Shown: positions 1 to 12,680, numbered from the stretch's first letter. The stretch is 64,000 bases of DNA from an uncultured Methanosarcinaceae archaeon (GCA_963727895.1 CAVSHT010000009.1:256001-320000); one strand, 5' to 3'. Made by a program: numbers and translations. The notes: generated by a model not told the origin, from the sequence alone.

Positions 1-614
1 GAATCTCCCTTACAGATGCGACTTTAGAGCTTGCATCCTTGCTTGGAATTAATGCAAAGATTTTACCTATGTCTGATGATCCAGTTTCCACTTATATCGA
101 AACTCCAGAAGGAATTATGCATTTTCAGGATTTCTGGGTTGGAAAACATGGAACTCCTGAAGTGCTGAATATTGACATAAGGAGAGTTTCCGAAGCTTCA
201 ATTTCTCCAAAGGTGCTCGAAGCCCTGGAGAACGACGACAAAGTTCTTATTGGGCCAAGTAACCCAATTACAAGCATAGGACCTATTATTTCTCTTCCAG
301 GCATGAAAGATCTTCTTCAAAAGAAAAAGGTCGTGGGAGTCAGCCCAATAATTGGCAATGCCCCTGTAAGTGGACCTGCCGGAAAATTGATGCAGGCATC
401 GGGACTTGAAGTCTCTTCAATGGGAGTTGCGGAATATTACCAGGATTTCCTTGATGTTTTTGTTTTCGATGAGCGAGATCAAGCAGACGAATTTGCATTT
501 GAGAAACTTGGATGTCGTGCTTCACGTGCCGATACTTTAATGACTTCAACTGAAAAAAGCAAGGAACTGGCAGAATTGGTAGTAGGGCTTTTTGATACTA
601 TTTCCTGCCCGTAA
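1..614 (+). CDS. cofD: 2-phospho-L-lactate transferase (F420 biosynthesis), 5'-truncated by window edge
   Basis: HFQDFWV, IGPSNPITSIGPI, VSPIIGNAPVSGPAGKLM motifs typical of CofD. Confidence 0.92.
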   Translation, partial: ISLTDATLELASLLGINAKILPMSDDPVSTYIETPEGIMHFQDFWVGKHGTPEVLNIDIRRVSEASISPKVLEALENDDKVLIGPSNPITSIGPIISLPGMKDLLQKKKVVGVSPIIGNAPVSGPAGKLMQASGLEVSSMGVAEYYQDFLDVFVFDERDQADEFAFEKLGCRASRADTLMTSTEKSKELAELVVGLFDTISCP

Positions 615-972
615 TTTTTTCTTATTTTTGGATTTTATTCGCGCCTTAGAAGTTTATAGAGACCAGTTTAAATTATTTTTTAATAGTGTGAGTTCGTCAT
701 TTTTTACTAATTTTCGTATTTATACTCATACTTCTTTTCATTACCCTGCTTTGCTCAGGTCTCTATGGATATTCTTTGCGTTATATATTTAGTAGAATAT
801 TCTCAATGTTAACAAAATCCGAAAGTTTTATGTAATACCTTTTCAAAAATAAGTAATACAAAAATGGATTTAAAATAAATTTTTTCTTATTTATTACATT
901 GTATTGTCTGGAAAGTGTTATTTTTAGAGTCAAACTATGAAAAATTCAGTTTGATTAATGTGGAGTATAAGC

Positions 973-2078
973 ATGATAAAAGCAAGTATAACGAATCAAA
1001 GACAAGTGAAAGTAAAATTCGTTTATCTTTTTTTGCTGGCAACCCTTGTTTTTCCCTTGGATCTATTCCAGGAATGGCAGCTGAAAATTGTAACTCGAAT
1101 TTGATGGGTCAGGTATTTTATGCAGCCGAGGCAGATCTTGGTGCTATTGGACCAAATAATACACTTATTATTACGGATATAGGTTCTCTTGCAGATTCTT
1201 ATGTTTACCTGGACGATTTCTACTCACAGTTTTATGGCAGGGACCTTCTGTACACAAAGAATCTCCTCACTGTCCAGAACTCAAGGAACAGCCCCCTCTG
1301 GTTTGCATTCTTTGATAAATGCAGCGGGAATTGTACCTATATCGAAATTTCTTATGAAAACGAAAGTAAAATCAGCTGTAAGGTAACGGAAAACATAGAC
1401 TTTGATAAACTTTCGAAAAATCAGAAATCAAAAGATGCGTGGAGTGAAAAAGCAAATAATAGTGTATTTGACGGACACGAATTTGCTATTCTTACAATAG
1501 CTAATGCCTGGGCTACAGAGAAGCTTGATTATGAGCTTATGGAGTGCCTTGAAGTTCACAATCATTTCTGTCCCGGAGTCTCCAGTGGATATGTGCTTGC
1601 AAACTGGATGGAAAAAAATTATCCTCTTAAGGACGGCGTAAGTTACACGGTTTTCGCCTGTCCTCCTAGGTGCAAAGACGATGTTTTTGTAAAATGCTGG
1701 GACACTACTCCAGGTAAAGGAGGAATCTGGGTATCTTCACTAACAGATAACGAGACCGAAGCTCTAGGAGGTTCTCCTGCAGGTATTTTCGTGGTCACGG
1801 ATAAAAATGCAGGAACTATGAAAGCTGTAGCTCTTGGATTTAACTTTGACGTTGTCAGTGAAAAATGCGGAATAAAAGCAGATGATCCAGCATGGGTCTC
1901 GAAGTATTTAGAGGATCTCTGGCTTATGAATAAGAATAATTGGGATACAAAAGGACTTGTTTCGGTAATTTCAGTGAAGAATATTGATGCAGATACCCTG
2001 AAAAAGATGGAGCTGGCAGACAATAATCCTTATGTAGTTCTCGGACTGCTTAAGCCGGCAGGAAATTCAAGTACTTAA
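973..2078 (+). pseudogene. Secreted FmdE-family protein; -1 frameshift in signal peptide
   Basis: GGAG RBS + ATG 973 reads MIKASITNQRQVKVKFVYLFLLATLVF; adding one T to the T5 run at ~1049-1053 joins it to SLGSIPGMAAE... with HNHFCPG and CKDD..TPGK FmdE motifs. Confidence 0.7.
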
Positions 2079-2297
2079 AAATGAGAATACCCGAGAAACA
2101 ACTGACTAACTAAAACCATAACGAAAATTAATCACGTATATTGAGGATTCAGTAATCCTCATATTTTTCCTTATTCTCTTCCTTTTTTATTTTTTGGTAA
2201 CTCTGAGATTTTCCGAAATAAATCTACTTTCTTCCTAAATATCCAGATATCCAGTTTTTGACTGTCATATGCATCTGGATTACACGATAAGGTTATA

Positions 2298-2381
2298 GAA
2301 TTCTTTATTACTTGAAACGAATTCCTTATTAATAGCACAGAATTTTTTATTCTCAGAACAGGATTCCTTATTAATAATATC
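2298..2381. repeat. 4 x 21-bp degenerate tandem repeat
   Basis: gaattctttattacttgaaac / gaattccttattaatagcaca / gaattttttattctcagaaca / ggattccttattaataatatc. Confidence 0.6.
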
Positions 2382-2429
2382 ATTCTTTACATAGAGAGAT
2401 ATCGCAACAGCCAAAAAAGAGTTAGTACC

Positions 2430-3002
2430 ATGCTTGAAAAACTGAAAACCTCACTCATTAATTCTCCTGTAATCAAGAGAGGAGAATATAATTATTTTAT
2501 CCATCCAATTTCTGATGGTGTGCCATCCATAGACCCCCATATGATTGAAGAAATCGCCGAATATATTCTCCAGATTACCGACATTAAAAAAGTTGACACT
2601 ATTCTTACAATAGAGGCCATGGGTATTCCTGTAGCAAATGCACTTTCTCTGAAAACGGGAATTCCTTTAACAATTGTTCGAAAGCGACCTTATTTCCTTG
2701 AAGGAGAAGTAGAACTGTCTCAAAGCACAGGATACTCGAAAGGAACACTTTATATAAACGGGCTCAAGAAAGGGGATAAAGTAATTATCGTGGACGATGT
2801 CATCAGTACTGGCGGAACACTAATAGCACTTGTAAAAGCCCTGAAAACAATGGGTGTAGAGATTCAGGATGTAATTTCGGTTATTGGGCGAGGGACCGGA
2901 GGAGTACAATTGAAGGAAATCGGAATTGAACCCAAAATTCTCGTTACTATCGATGTAAGCGAGAAAGGTGTGGAGATAAAAAATGTCTTTGGGAACGATT
3001 GA
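2430..3002 (+). CDS. hpt: Hypoxanthine/guanine phosphoribosyltransferase (archaeal Hpt)
   Basis: [11 protein letters not shown] and PRPP motif [13 protein letters not shown]. Confidence 0.88.
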   Translation: MLEKLKTSLINSPVIKRGEYNYFIHPISDGVPSIDPHMIEEIAEYILQITDIKKVDTILTIEAMGIPVANALSLKTGIPLTIVRKRPYFLEGEVELSQSTGYSKGTLYINGLKKGDKVIIVDDVISTGGTLIALVKALKTMGVEIQDVISVIGRGTGGVQLKEIGIEPKILVTIDVSEKGVEIKNVFGND

Positions 3003-3990
3003 AGCTTTTGACTTAAGGCCTGACTATATTATCAGTGTCATAAAAAAACTTGGGGCTAAAATCGTAGGTTTCCAGTTTCCGGAGGGACTTAAACGGAAAG
3101 GCCCAGAGCTCGCAAAAAAAGTTGAAGAAGCTACAGGCGCTGAAATCATTATTTCTGGAGACCCATGCTTTGGAGCTTGTGACCTGGATAAAACCCTGCT
3201 TGAACAAGTTGATATTCTTTTCCACTTTGGGCATGCTGAACTTGAGGACACTAAACTTTCCGAAAAGGTATATTTCATAGAGACACGTTCTCCAGTTGAG
3301 ATTCGGCCTGCCGTTGAAAAAGCTGTATCTCAACTCAAAGGTCAGGTTATAGGATTAATTACTACTGTCCAGCACGTCCATAAACTTTCAGATGCTTGTG
3401 TAGTCCTCGAAGCAAATGGAAAGACCTGCATAATTGGGCGTGGGGATTCCAGGCTTGCATATCCAGGTCAGGTGCTCGGCTGTAATTTTTCGGCAGCAAG
3501 GAGAGAAGTCTGCGATGAATACCTGTATATAGGAAGCGGAGATTTCCATCCTCTAGGTGTAGCCCTTTCCACAAAAAAAAGAGTTGTTGTAGCTGATCCT
3601 TTTTCCAAGGAGGTTCGAGAGGTAGATCCCTCAAGGATTCTTCGTCAAAGGAGCGCGGTAATTGCAAAGTCTCTGGATGCAGAAGTTTTTGGGATAATAG
3701 TTTCAAGCAAGAATGGACAAGAAAGAATGAAGCTAGCTTCTTCTTTAAAAGCACTTGCAAAACAACATGGAAAGGAAGCGTATATTATCCTGATCGATCT
3801 AGTAACTCCAGATCAGCTTCTTCAGTTCAAAGTAGATGCTTTTGTAAATACTGCCTGTCCCAGGCTTGCAATTGACGAAGTAGGACGTTTTCCATCTCCC
3901 ATGCTTACGCCTCAGGAATTTGAGATCGTGCTCGGAAAAAGAGAATGGGAAAACCTCGTACTCGATGAGATTACCGAGGAGCCTGTATAA
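2983..3990 (+). CDS. dph2: Diphthamide biosynthesis enzyme Dph2
   Basis: QFPEGLK, PCFGACD, GQVLGC, TACPR. Confidence 0.93.
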   Translation: MSLGTIEAFDLRPDYIISVIKKLGAKIVGFQFPEGLKRKGPELAKKVEEATGAEIIISGDPCFGACDLDKTLLEQVDILFHFGHAELEDTKLSEKVYFIETRSPVEIRPAVEKAVSQLKGQVIGLITTVQHVHKLSDACVVLEANGKTCIIGRGDSRLAYPGQVLGCNFSAARREVCDEYLYIGSGDFHPLGVALSTKKRVVVADPFSKEVREVDPSRILRQRSAVIAKSLDAEVFGIIVSSKNGQERMKLASSLKALAKQHGKEAYIILIDLVTPDQLLQFKVDAFVNTACPRLAIDEVGRFPSPMLTPQEFEIVLGKREWENLVLDEITEEPV

Positions 3991-4075
3991 TATTTACTAT
4001 TGGTCAGTTATAAGTACTGTATTAAAATATATAAACAAAGAATTAATCTATGTAATAAAGAATTAAGTCAATGAA

Positions 4076-4669
4076 ATGAAACAAAGAAAACTTGAGATGC
4101 TGCTTGAAGAATTGGAAAATTTTTCCGATCCTGAACTTGAGCTGGAACAGTACCAGACACCTTCTCTTCTAGCTGCGGAAATTCTTCACTTTGCTTATAT
4201 GCAGGGAGATCTTGATGACTCAGTACAGGATCTGGGTTGTGGCACTGGGATTCTTGCAATAGGGGTGAAACTTATAGGAGCTAGAAAGGTTGTTGGATAT
4301 GATTCAGATCAAAAAGCCCTTGAGATCGCAAAGAAAAATGCCAGGAAACTTGGAGTAGAAGTCGAGTTTGTATTATTGGATGTTACAGACGTTACAAACC
4401 ATGTAAAAACCACAATTATGAATCCTCCCTTCGGGGCAAGAGTTAAAGGTAGAGACAGACAGTTTCTTTCGTCAGCATTAAGAACAAGTGAAGTTATATA
4501 TTCAATCCATAACCGCGGAAGCCTTGCTTTTATCCAAAAGTTCATTAAGCCTGCGGTCATTACACATTCCTATGTCGCGAAATTCCCTCTAAAACGAACC
4601 TTTGATTTCCATAAAAAAGAAAGAGAGGTTATTGAGGTCGAGATATACAGAATTAAAGTCTCAGGATAA
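4076..4669 (+). CDS. METTL5-family RNA methyltransferase
   Basis: LEQYQTP, DLGCGTG, NPPFG. Confidence 0.88.
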   Translation: MKQRKLEMLLEELENFSDPELELEQYQTPSLLAAEILHFAYMQGDLDDSVQDLGCGTGILAIGVKLIGARKVVGYDSDQKALEIAKKNARKLGVEVEFVLLDVTDVTNHVKTTIMNPPFGARVKGRDRQFLSSALRTSEVIYSIHNRGSLAFIQKFIKPAVITHSYVAKFPLKRTFDFHKKEREVIEVEIYRIKVSG

Positions 4670-4969
4670 TTCAAACACAATTAATGTTGTTTAAGGCATC
4701 AAATTCTATAGCGCCAGTGTAAGGGCTTTACCTTAAGGCAGCAATAAAGCCACTTACAGGATGCCTGTATATTATCAAATTATACGATGCGTCGGGAAAA
4801 ATGGCAGATAATAAGAACTTGATAATTTATTCTCTTCTGAGGTTGATTATCTGTTAATTGAACGGTTACCAGGGTTTGATTGAATAGTTGCCAGTATTCT
4901 AACATTGTTGATATTGCTGCCATTAATTTGTACTGATTATTAACTTAACGATAATTAAAATGAGGGATT

Positions 4970-5914
4970 ATGATTAGAATTCGAAAAAGTAAAACTACGA
5001 GAAAGAAATTGACTGGACCGAGCGAAATAAAACCAGTTACCGAGAAGGTTACTCAAATCACTTCAGAAAGCAGGGATCAATTCAAGGGTCAATCTAGGGA
5101 TCAGTTTAAACCCCAACAACCCCATTCCAGAGAGCAATCCCGAGATCAATACAGGAGTCAATCAAGAGATAACTTAAGGGGATATTCCAGAGACCAGTTT
5201 AAAGCTCAGTCCAGAGATCAATCAAAGGACCAGTTCCGAGGAAACCAGAGTAAAAAAAGAAGAGTTCCTTATTCGAAAAAAGGTTCCAGGGAAAGAACGG
5301 AAATGTCTGAAATCAGATCTCCTTATGAAATAAAGAGCCCGGAAGAAGAACTTGAAAAGGGAGGTTTTGTTATCCCAGGGGAACTTGTTGGAACTACAGA
5401 AGAGTTCAAGCCCGGAGAAGGAACAACCATATCTGGTGGAGATATTTACTCTACAGCTACTGGAAACGTAGTTATCGACAGAAAAGCGAGAGTAGTCACA
5501 GTCAGGCCAAGCACGCTAACTCCGAATATTCTTAAAGTAGGGGATATTGTATATGGAAAAATAACTGACACGCGTGAATCTGGAGCAATGGTTGAAATTG
5601 CAGGAATTGAAGGTAAAGAAAATAGAGAAATTGTCAATGTCAGGTCTGGAGACATTCATGTATCTAATGTTCGGGATTCTTATGTAAAGAGACTTTCAGA
5701 CGAATTAAAATTCTTGGATATAATCAGGGCCAAAGTTATCGATACAGATAGGATGCGTTTGACAATAGCTGAAGATTCCCTTGGAGTTGTAAAAGCCTAC
5801 TGCTCAAATTGCAGAGGAGAACTTGTATTAGAAGGGAAAAAGCTTAAATGCCCTGTCTGCAATATGACTGAAACTCGCAAGATCTCAACCGCGTATGGGA
5901 AAGGAATCCAGTAA
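4970..5914 (+). CDS. csl4: Exosome RNA-binding protein Csl4 with long N-terminal repeat extension
   Basis: FVIPGELVG, S1 domain, C-terminal CSNC/CPVC Zn ribbon + ETRKIS; upstream of rpoL. Confidence 0.92.
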   Translation: MIRIRKSKTTRKKLTGPSEIKPVTEKVTQITSESRDQFKGQSRDQFKPQQPHSREQSRDQYRSQSRDNLRGYSRDQFKAQSRDQSKDQFRGNQSKKRRVPYSKKGSRERTEMSEIRSPYEIKSPEEELEKGGFVIPGELVGTTEEFKPGEGTTISGGDIYSTATGNVVIDRKARVVTVRPSTLTPNILKVGDIVYGKITDTRESGAMVEIAGIEGKENREIVNVRSGDIHVSNVRDSYVKRLSDELKFLDIIRAKVIDTDRMRLTIAEDSLGVVKAYCSNCRGELVLEGKKLKCPVCNMTETRKISTAYGKGIQ

Positions 5915-6001
5915 TTTCTTTCTCCCTGCTGGTATGGATTTCTGCACAATAGATTCTCTGTAGTTAATATATTACTCACCATTTTACAGGTGATCACCAA
6001 T

Positions 6002-6280
6002 ATGGAACTGAACATTCTTTCCAAAACAGACAACGAGTTTGAAGTCGAGCTCAAAGGCGAGACACATACCCTTCTCAATATGCTTAAGGACCTTCTGATT
6101 AGAGATGAAAGGGTTGAGATCGCTTTTTACGATATGAAATATGTAAGTATCAGTGACCCGATTCTTTACATCAAAACCGATGGTACGAATCCTATTGAAG
6201 TCTTAAAGGACGCTGCTTCGAAAATAATTGCTCAGTGTGATGAATTTACTGATGTTTTTGGCAAAGCAGTAAACGCCTGA
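6002..6280 (+). CDS. rpoL: RNA polymerase subunit L (Rpo11)
   Basis: GETHTLLNML motif; csl4-rpoL synteny. Confidence 0.93.
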   Translation: MELNILSKTDNEFEVELKGETHTLLNMLKDLLIRDERVEIAFYDMKYVSISDPILYIKTDGTNPIEVLKDAASKIIAQCDEFTDVFGKAVNA

Positions 6281-6609
6281 AACCTCTGAAAAAATAGCTG
6301 CATAGCGTCTTTATAAAGACGTTTTGTTTTCTTTTTCCTAGAAATCCGGAATTTTTTGTATAGAAAGTTCCAGACAGCTATTAAATTGAGCTTTTGCTAT
6401 ATTCAAATCTCATAAATTTTTGGAATACTTTTTTATGAATTCTCTGCATATCCAGGATAAATAAGAAATATTAAACGCGAAATTAAGCTAAAAGCATTAA
6501 ACTGGATAGAATCATACCATTATTTTTAGTTCAAAAACCATATTCCGGAATATAATTAAAAAATTATAAATTAAAATTTAATTAATACGTAACTAATATT
6601 GAGGTATGA

Positions 6610-7776
<1,167 letters not shown>

Positions 7777-8095
7777 TATCCGCTGAAATCAAATTTTTTC
7801 TGATGCCCTAGAACAATTAATAATTTGTTCCTTCTACTGGGCATTTTGATTCCTTTTTTAATCTTTTTTTGGAAATATATCTTGGATTTTCATTATGAAT
7901 GATGGTAGCTGGAATAGCTGTTTGTTTTTACTAGCTGAACCTGATTTTTTGCTTGCAATTTCAAAAACGCAGTTTAAATGCTATATGGCAGCCCTGGACG
8001 GAAATATATTAAAAAAGATTTTGAGGTTGTATGTTTTGTTTTTCAACATTTTTTGAGTAAAAAACAAATTCTTTTTTTCGGGGATTTGCATGTTT

Positions 8096-8434
8096 TTACT
8101 TCTTCAACTCCACGTTTTCCACATATCCTTCTCCCCGCGGGGTTGGGACATAAAATACTTTTCCCTTCTCTTCTATTTTTTCGATGTAAAGTGCATCTTC
8201 CAGCATGTTAAGGTGGAAATTTTCCATGTGATCGTTCAGGTTGAATTTTTCTTTTATTTCCTCAAAAGATTTTTTTTCACTTCCGAGCGATATCAGGATC
8301 TATCTTCTCACGGTATTCTGAAGAACCTTGTGTCCAAATTTATGATATTCGGTCGGATTTCTTGTCAGTTTACCTTCACGTTTCATTCGCTCGAGCCATT
8401 CTTATTTTCTGTTATTAGATTCATCGAGAGTCAT
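8096..8434 (-). pseudogene. ArsR-like winged-helix regulator, disrupted
   Basis: Minus strand reads MTLDESNNRK*EWLERMKREG...LQNTVRR*ILISLG...FEEIKEKF/(fs)NFHLNMLEDALYIEK...TPRGEGY; two stops and one frameshift. Confidence 0.7.
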
Positions 8435-8905
8435 GGTGATCACTAATATATTTATTTGAATATGTAAATAAGTTTGCGGAATTGGCCACTTTCCCGGATT
8501 TACCTATAAATAACATGATTCTCAATTCCTTTTCCATGAAACTGAACCCTGAACTTGAATCCTTAATTGCTTACAAAATTATCCTCACTGTCAATCTTAT
8601 AAATATGAATGTAGCTGTGAGCCTTCGTTGAGCATTATAGGAGAGAATATATTCTTTGAAGGAAGCCTACGAGAAAAATTGAGTAATAAGAATCTATTTT
8701 TTCCTTATTAGAACCTAGAACTTACGAAGTTTAACTGAAAAAACATTAATATCAAGCCTTTAACCACTAAAAAGATAAATTTTACAACAGTTTTCATTTC
8801 TTCATTGTACCTGATCGAATACTAAGACAGTTTAGACCTTATGATGAATTAAATATCATGGATCTCTAATTATACTGTGAGGATTATTATTGTGGAGGGA
8901 TATGT

Positions 8906-9271
8906 TTGGAAGACGATAGTGGAGATATGTTTAAGCATAAACTTGGGAAGTGGGTTCTAAGTATAGATGAATGTGCTTTTATGGATCTTATGGAGATTGG
9001 AAAGAACAAGTCTATGCGTCAATATCTGATCAAGTCAATTGATAATTGGGTAAACAAAAAAGAACCACTTATAACAGATGAATTTATTTCGGAAATGTGT
9101 GACTTTATTAAAAGCGAAAATGAAGTTATTTATGACCGTTTGATAAAGAAATGCGCTCTAAAAGGAATAAGTGTGGGTGAAGGTATATTTGAATCACTGA
9201 GCCTTCTGAATTGCGGAATGATAAATGCGCAGGAGTGCAGACAGTATATAGATGACTCCTCTGAGGAGTGA
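8906..9271 (+). CDS. Hypothetical protein
   Basis: 121-aa ORF with GGAGG upstream; no recognised motif. Confidence 0.55.
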   Translation: MEDDSGDMFKHKLGKWVLSIDECAFMDLMEIGKNKSMRQYLIKSIDNWVNKKEPLITDEFISEMCDFIKSENEVIYDRLIKKCALKGISVGEGIFESLSLLNCGMINAQECRQYIDDSSEE

Positions 9272-9450
9272 TACTCCCACTTTATTTTATCTCCTGTACT
9301 TCATATAGTAAATTCAAAATATATTTTGTACAAAAAAGGATATTCAGGTACAGCAGAAAGATCTTGCAATGAAATTTCTCTGCTATTTACCTGTCTTTAG
9401 TTTTTTAGTAAATATTAGGAGATTTTTCCAATCTTTGCAAAAACATATTT

Positions 9451-10713
9451 TTACTTGAAATCCTTTAGAGATTCGAAATCCAGGGTTGAAAAGTAATCCT
9501 CAATAGTTTCGGCTCTCCTGATCTGCACAACGCTTCCATCTTTCCTGAGAAGAAGTTCAACAGAGCGAAGTTTTCCGTTATAATTGAAGCCCATTGCATG
9601 TCCGTGAGCCCCTGTATCATGTATTACAAGGATATCTCCAATTTCAATTTCAGGAAGTGACCTGTCAACTGCGAACTTGTCATTGTTTTCGCAGAGAGAA
9701 CCGGTTACATCATATTTATGGACAGGAGATTTTTTTTCCTTTCCGAGTACAGTTATATGGTGGTATGCTCCGTACATACCTGGGCGCATAAGGTTTGCCA
9801 TACAGGAATCCATCCCAACATAGTCCTTGTATGTGTGTTTGATATGCCTTACCTGAGAAACCAGATAACCATACGGACCTGTAATTACACGACCGCATTC
9901 CAAGAAGACTTTTAGCGGATAAAGTCCATTAGCCTTGATTGTAACGTTGTAAGCTTCTTTAGTGCCTTTTGCCACAGCTTCAAAGGAAACAGGTTTCTCA
10001 TCAGGCCTATAGGGTATACCTATGCCTCCTCCAAGATTCACAAATTCAAACTTTATGTCGAGTTCCTTTGAGATTTCAACTATGAGTTCAAAGAGAATTT
10101 TTGCAGTTTCCACAAAGTAGTCAGGATTTAATTCGTTCGAGGCTACCATTGTATGCATTCCAAAACGCTTTATTCCCTTGTCTCTGAGTATACGGTAGCC
10201 TTCAAAAAGCTGGTCTCTAGTAAAACCGTACTTTGCCTCTTCCGGTTTTCCAATGATTGCATTTCCCCCTTTAAGAGGACCAGGATTGTATCTGAAACAG
10301 ACAATCTTCGGAAGTCCGGCATTCTTCTCGAGGTAGTCAATATGGCTTATGTCATCAAGATTTATATATGCTCCAAGCTCTTTTGCCTTTACAAACTCTT
10401 CAGCAGGAGTATCGTTTGAACTGAACATTATATATCCCTCAGTCATTCCTGCTTTTTCGGCAAGAATTAACTCGGGCAAAGAGCTGCAATCTGCACCAAA
10501 ACCTTCATCTTTGAGGATTTTAAGAATGAAAGGGTTTGGAAGAGCTTTTACCGCAAAAAACTCTTTAAAGCCGGGAACTTCCCTAAAAGCTGTTTTCATT
10601 CTCCGTGCATTTTCCAGAATTGCTTTCTCATCGTATATATGAAACGGCGTAGGATATTTTTTTATTATTTCCAGAATGTCTTCTTTGGTGAAGGGAAGAT
10701 CCTTTGAAACCAT
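9451..10713 (-). CDS. lysA: Diaminopimelate decarboxylase
   Basis: FAVKA, NLGGG, ECGR, GSLCENND, DTGAHG. Confidence 0.95.
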   Translation of the reverse strand: MVSKDLPFTKEDILEIIKKYPTPFHIYDEKAILENARRMKTAFREVPGFKEFFAVKALPNPFILKILKDEGFGADCSSLPELILAEKAGMTEGYIMFSSNDTPAEEFVKAKELGAYINLDDISHIDYLEKNAGLPKIVCFRYNPGPLKGGNAIIGKPEEAKYGFTRDQLFEGYRILRDKGIKRFGMHTMVASNELNPDYFVETAKILFELIVEISKELDIKFEFVNLGGGIGIPYRPDEKPVSFEAVAKGTKEAYNVTIKANGLYPLKVFLECGRVITGPYGYLVSQVRHIKHTYKDYVGMDSCMANLMRPGMYGAYHHITVLGKEKKSPVHKYDVTGSLCENNDKFAVDRSLPEIEIGDILVIHDTGAHGHAMGFNYNGKLRSVELLLRKDGSVVQIRRAETIEDYFSTLDFESLKDFK

Positions 10714-10788
10714 ATTATTACCTTATTCTCATTTTTGTTTAATGGGTTTTATACCAATTTGAACTTTTATTCCTTTATTATTCTTTCG

Positions 10789-10948
10789 CAAGCTTTTTTT
10801 GAAAAGGCTTGAGCGAAAACCTCCAACTAGCGGCGTGATAAACCGGCGCAACGGTTTCGGCAAGCCTTTTTTGAAAAGGCTTGAGTGAAAACACAGAGAA
10901 ATGACGGGATCAATTGATGCAAAGAAAATCTTTTTCAAAAAAGGTTTG
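10789..10948. repeat. REP-like intergenic palindrome cluster (CAAGCCTTTT-n-AAAAGGCTTG x3)
   Basis: Palindromes at 10789-10811, 10861-10883, ~10926-10948; related copies at 17658-17707, 32386-32407, 37242-37264. Confidence 0.75.
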
Positions 10949-11288
10949 AGAGAAAACGCATATCAGTGTTGTGATCAATAGTATGGTTGTCTGTATGAAG
11001 GTGAAAAAAACTAAATGTACAGTTTATACTACAGCATCAAATTCTTCAAAAACTCCAAGCCCTATGAACTGAACCATTAACCACTCTCCAAAAATGATTT
11101 GAAATATATCTTTATACTTTCATTCAATCTTCAAGCCTTTATCGCTTTTCACCCTCAAATTTTAAAAATAGTATTTTCCTCTTTTTTCGCATAAAACAGT
11201 CATCCATACCGTTATCTCTTAGTTACCGAAACATTTAATATCTAAAAGATGCATGAGAAGAGTACATAGCTCTTATTTGTAACTTTAT

Positions 11289-11360
11289 GCGACTGTGGTT
11301 TAGTGGCTATGACCTGAGCTTCCCAAGCTTAGAACCCGGGTTCAAATCCCGGCAGTCGCA
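11289..11360 (+). tRNA. tRNA-Gly (CCC)
   Basis: GCGACTG/CAGTCGC acceptor stem, TT-CCC-AA anticodon loop, GTTCAAATC T-loop. Confidence 0.95.
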
Positions 11361-11674
11361 TTGAGAAATCACTTAATAAATTTTTTTTAATAAATATTAA
11401 ACTCGAAATTAGGTCGTCCATCATTATGCAGTTGATGTTTTCTTGATTAATTTTCCAGTGCTAGAAATACCTTATGTTGCATTACATACTATTAACCTTA
11501 CTAAATTAAAAAAGGTATGATGTGCCACTAAAAGTGTTTTGGAAATGACATTAACTAACTAATAGTGCACGATCAGATTTTGGCTAAATATTTTAAAAGT
11601 TCTTGTGATTAATTATGGCATTTATATATAAAGATATGAAATATGTTAAGACATAAACAATCCATAACTTAAAC

Positions 11675-12079
11675 TCAGGAAAGATCATCGAGTAAAACCT
11701 TTTTTCGGTATCCCATGCCTTGAAATATTGCTACAAGATCCCCTTTGTCATCAGTTATATTTACAGTAGATGTTGAGATTTTAGGGTTTATTGACGTTTC
11801 CTTTGCCTCGGCTGTTAGAAATTTGCCTGTCGCAGCTTTTACAAAAGAGATATTTGCATTGATAGCAACAGTGACGGTACCATATGCGTTTGACGCTGCA
11901 GCAAAAGCTAGGTCTGCAAGGGTAAATAATGCACCTCCCTGAACGGTTTTAAGAGCATTAAGATGCTTTTCTTCTATTTTCATTATGGCTTTTGCATATC
12001 CAGGAGAGACTTCTAAAAGTTCGATTCCTGAAAGTGCAGCAAAATTATCATTCTTAAAAAATTCTTTAATATTTTCCAT
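11675..12079 (-). CDS. PaaI-family hotdog thioesterase
   Basis: HLNALKTVQGGALFTLADLA. Confidence 0.88.
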   Translation of the reverse strand: MENIKEFFKNDNFAALSGIELLEVSPGYAKAIMKIEEKHLNALKTVQGGALFTLADLAFAAASNAYGTVTVAINANISFVKAATGKFLTAEAKETSINPKISTSTVNITDDKGDLVAIFQGMGYRKKVLLDDLS

Positions 12080-12355
12080 TTAATAACTCCGATTATTATC
12101 ACAGTAAACTCTTACTTTATTCTTCTTATTTTTAATTATAATTATTCTTCTAAATGTAAACTTAATCCTGAATTTTTTGTGTTTAGAAATTACATTCTTT
12201 TCTAGCTTTCTTTCTGCTGTTAGGCGACTTGCAAGAGCAAGTTTTTATTTGACTTTTATTTTATCTCTTTTTCTTCAATATGGCTATTTTTCTCAAGTCT
12301 ATCTTTTTTATGGTTTTTAGGTATGATTAATCAATATCTGTTTATAACATATGAT

Positions 12356-12485
12356 AAGCGCATCCCAAAACCAATTTTGTTTTCAACTAACAGTAATTTT
12401 ATAACTGTTTTAATAATTAAAAAGTTTAATTAATAATTCAGAAGATAAAATTCACGGAAATGATTTTGAGTTTTGGGACATGTCC
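12356..12485. mobile_element. MITE-like element, family A (~130 bp)
   Basis: Ends CATCCCAAAA...TTTTGAGTTTTGGGA shared with copies at 25332 and 26090. Confidence 0.7.
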
Positions 12486-12680
12486 AATAAATTACAATAG
12501 AAATTTATTTTTAAAATGCTCGCTGATCCTTAAAACTTGACTAATTTTCATAGTTAATAGAGATTAACTATTTATAAGCTAGGGTATATTATTTTATGGA
12601 TGAAATTATATAAAATTATTTTTTATTTATATAAGTAGATATTTGGCTCAATGATCGAGCTTCATATATGGGGGTAAAGA

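Noticed and set aside
3079..3094. Match to the tRNA-Thr T-arm (CCGGAGGGACTT) as a possible att site
   Set aside because: Lies within the conserved FPEGLK codons of dph2; no integrase in the window
10729..10938. 69-aa ORF upstream of lysA as a leader peptide
   Set aside because: Derived from the palindromic repeat cluster; no convincing start or RBS
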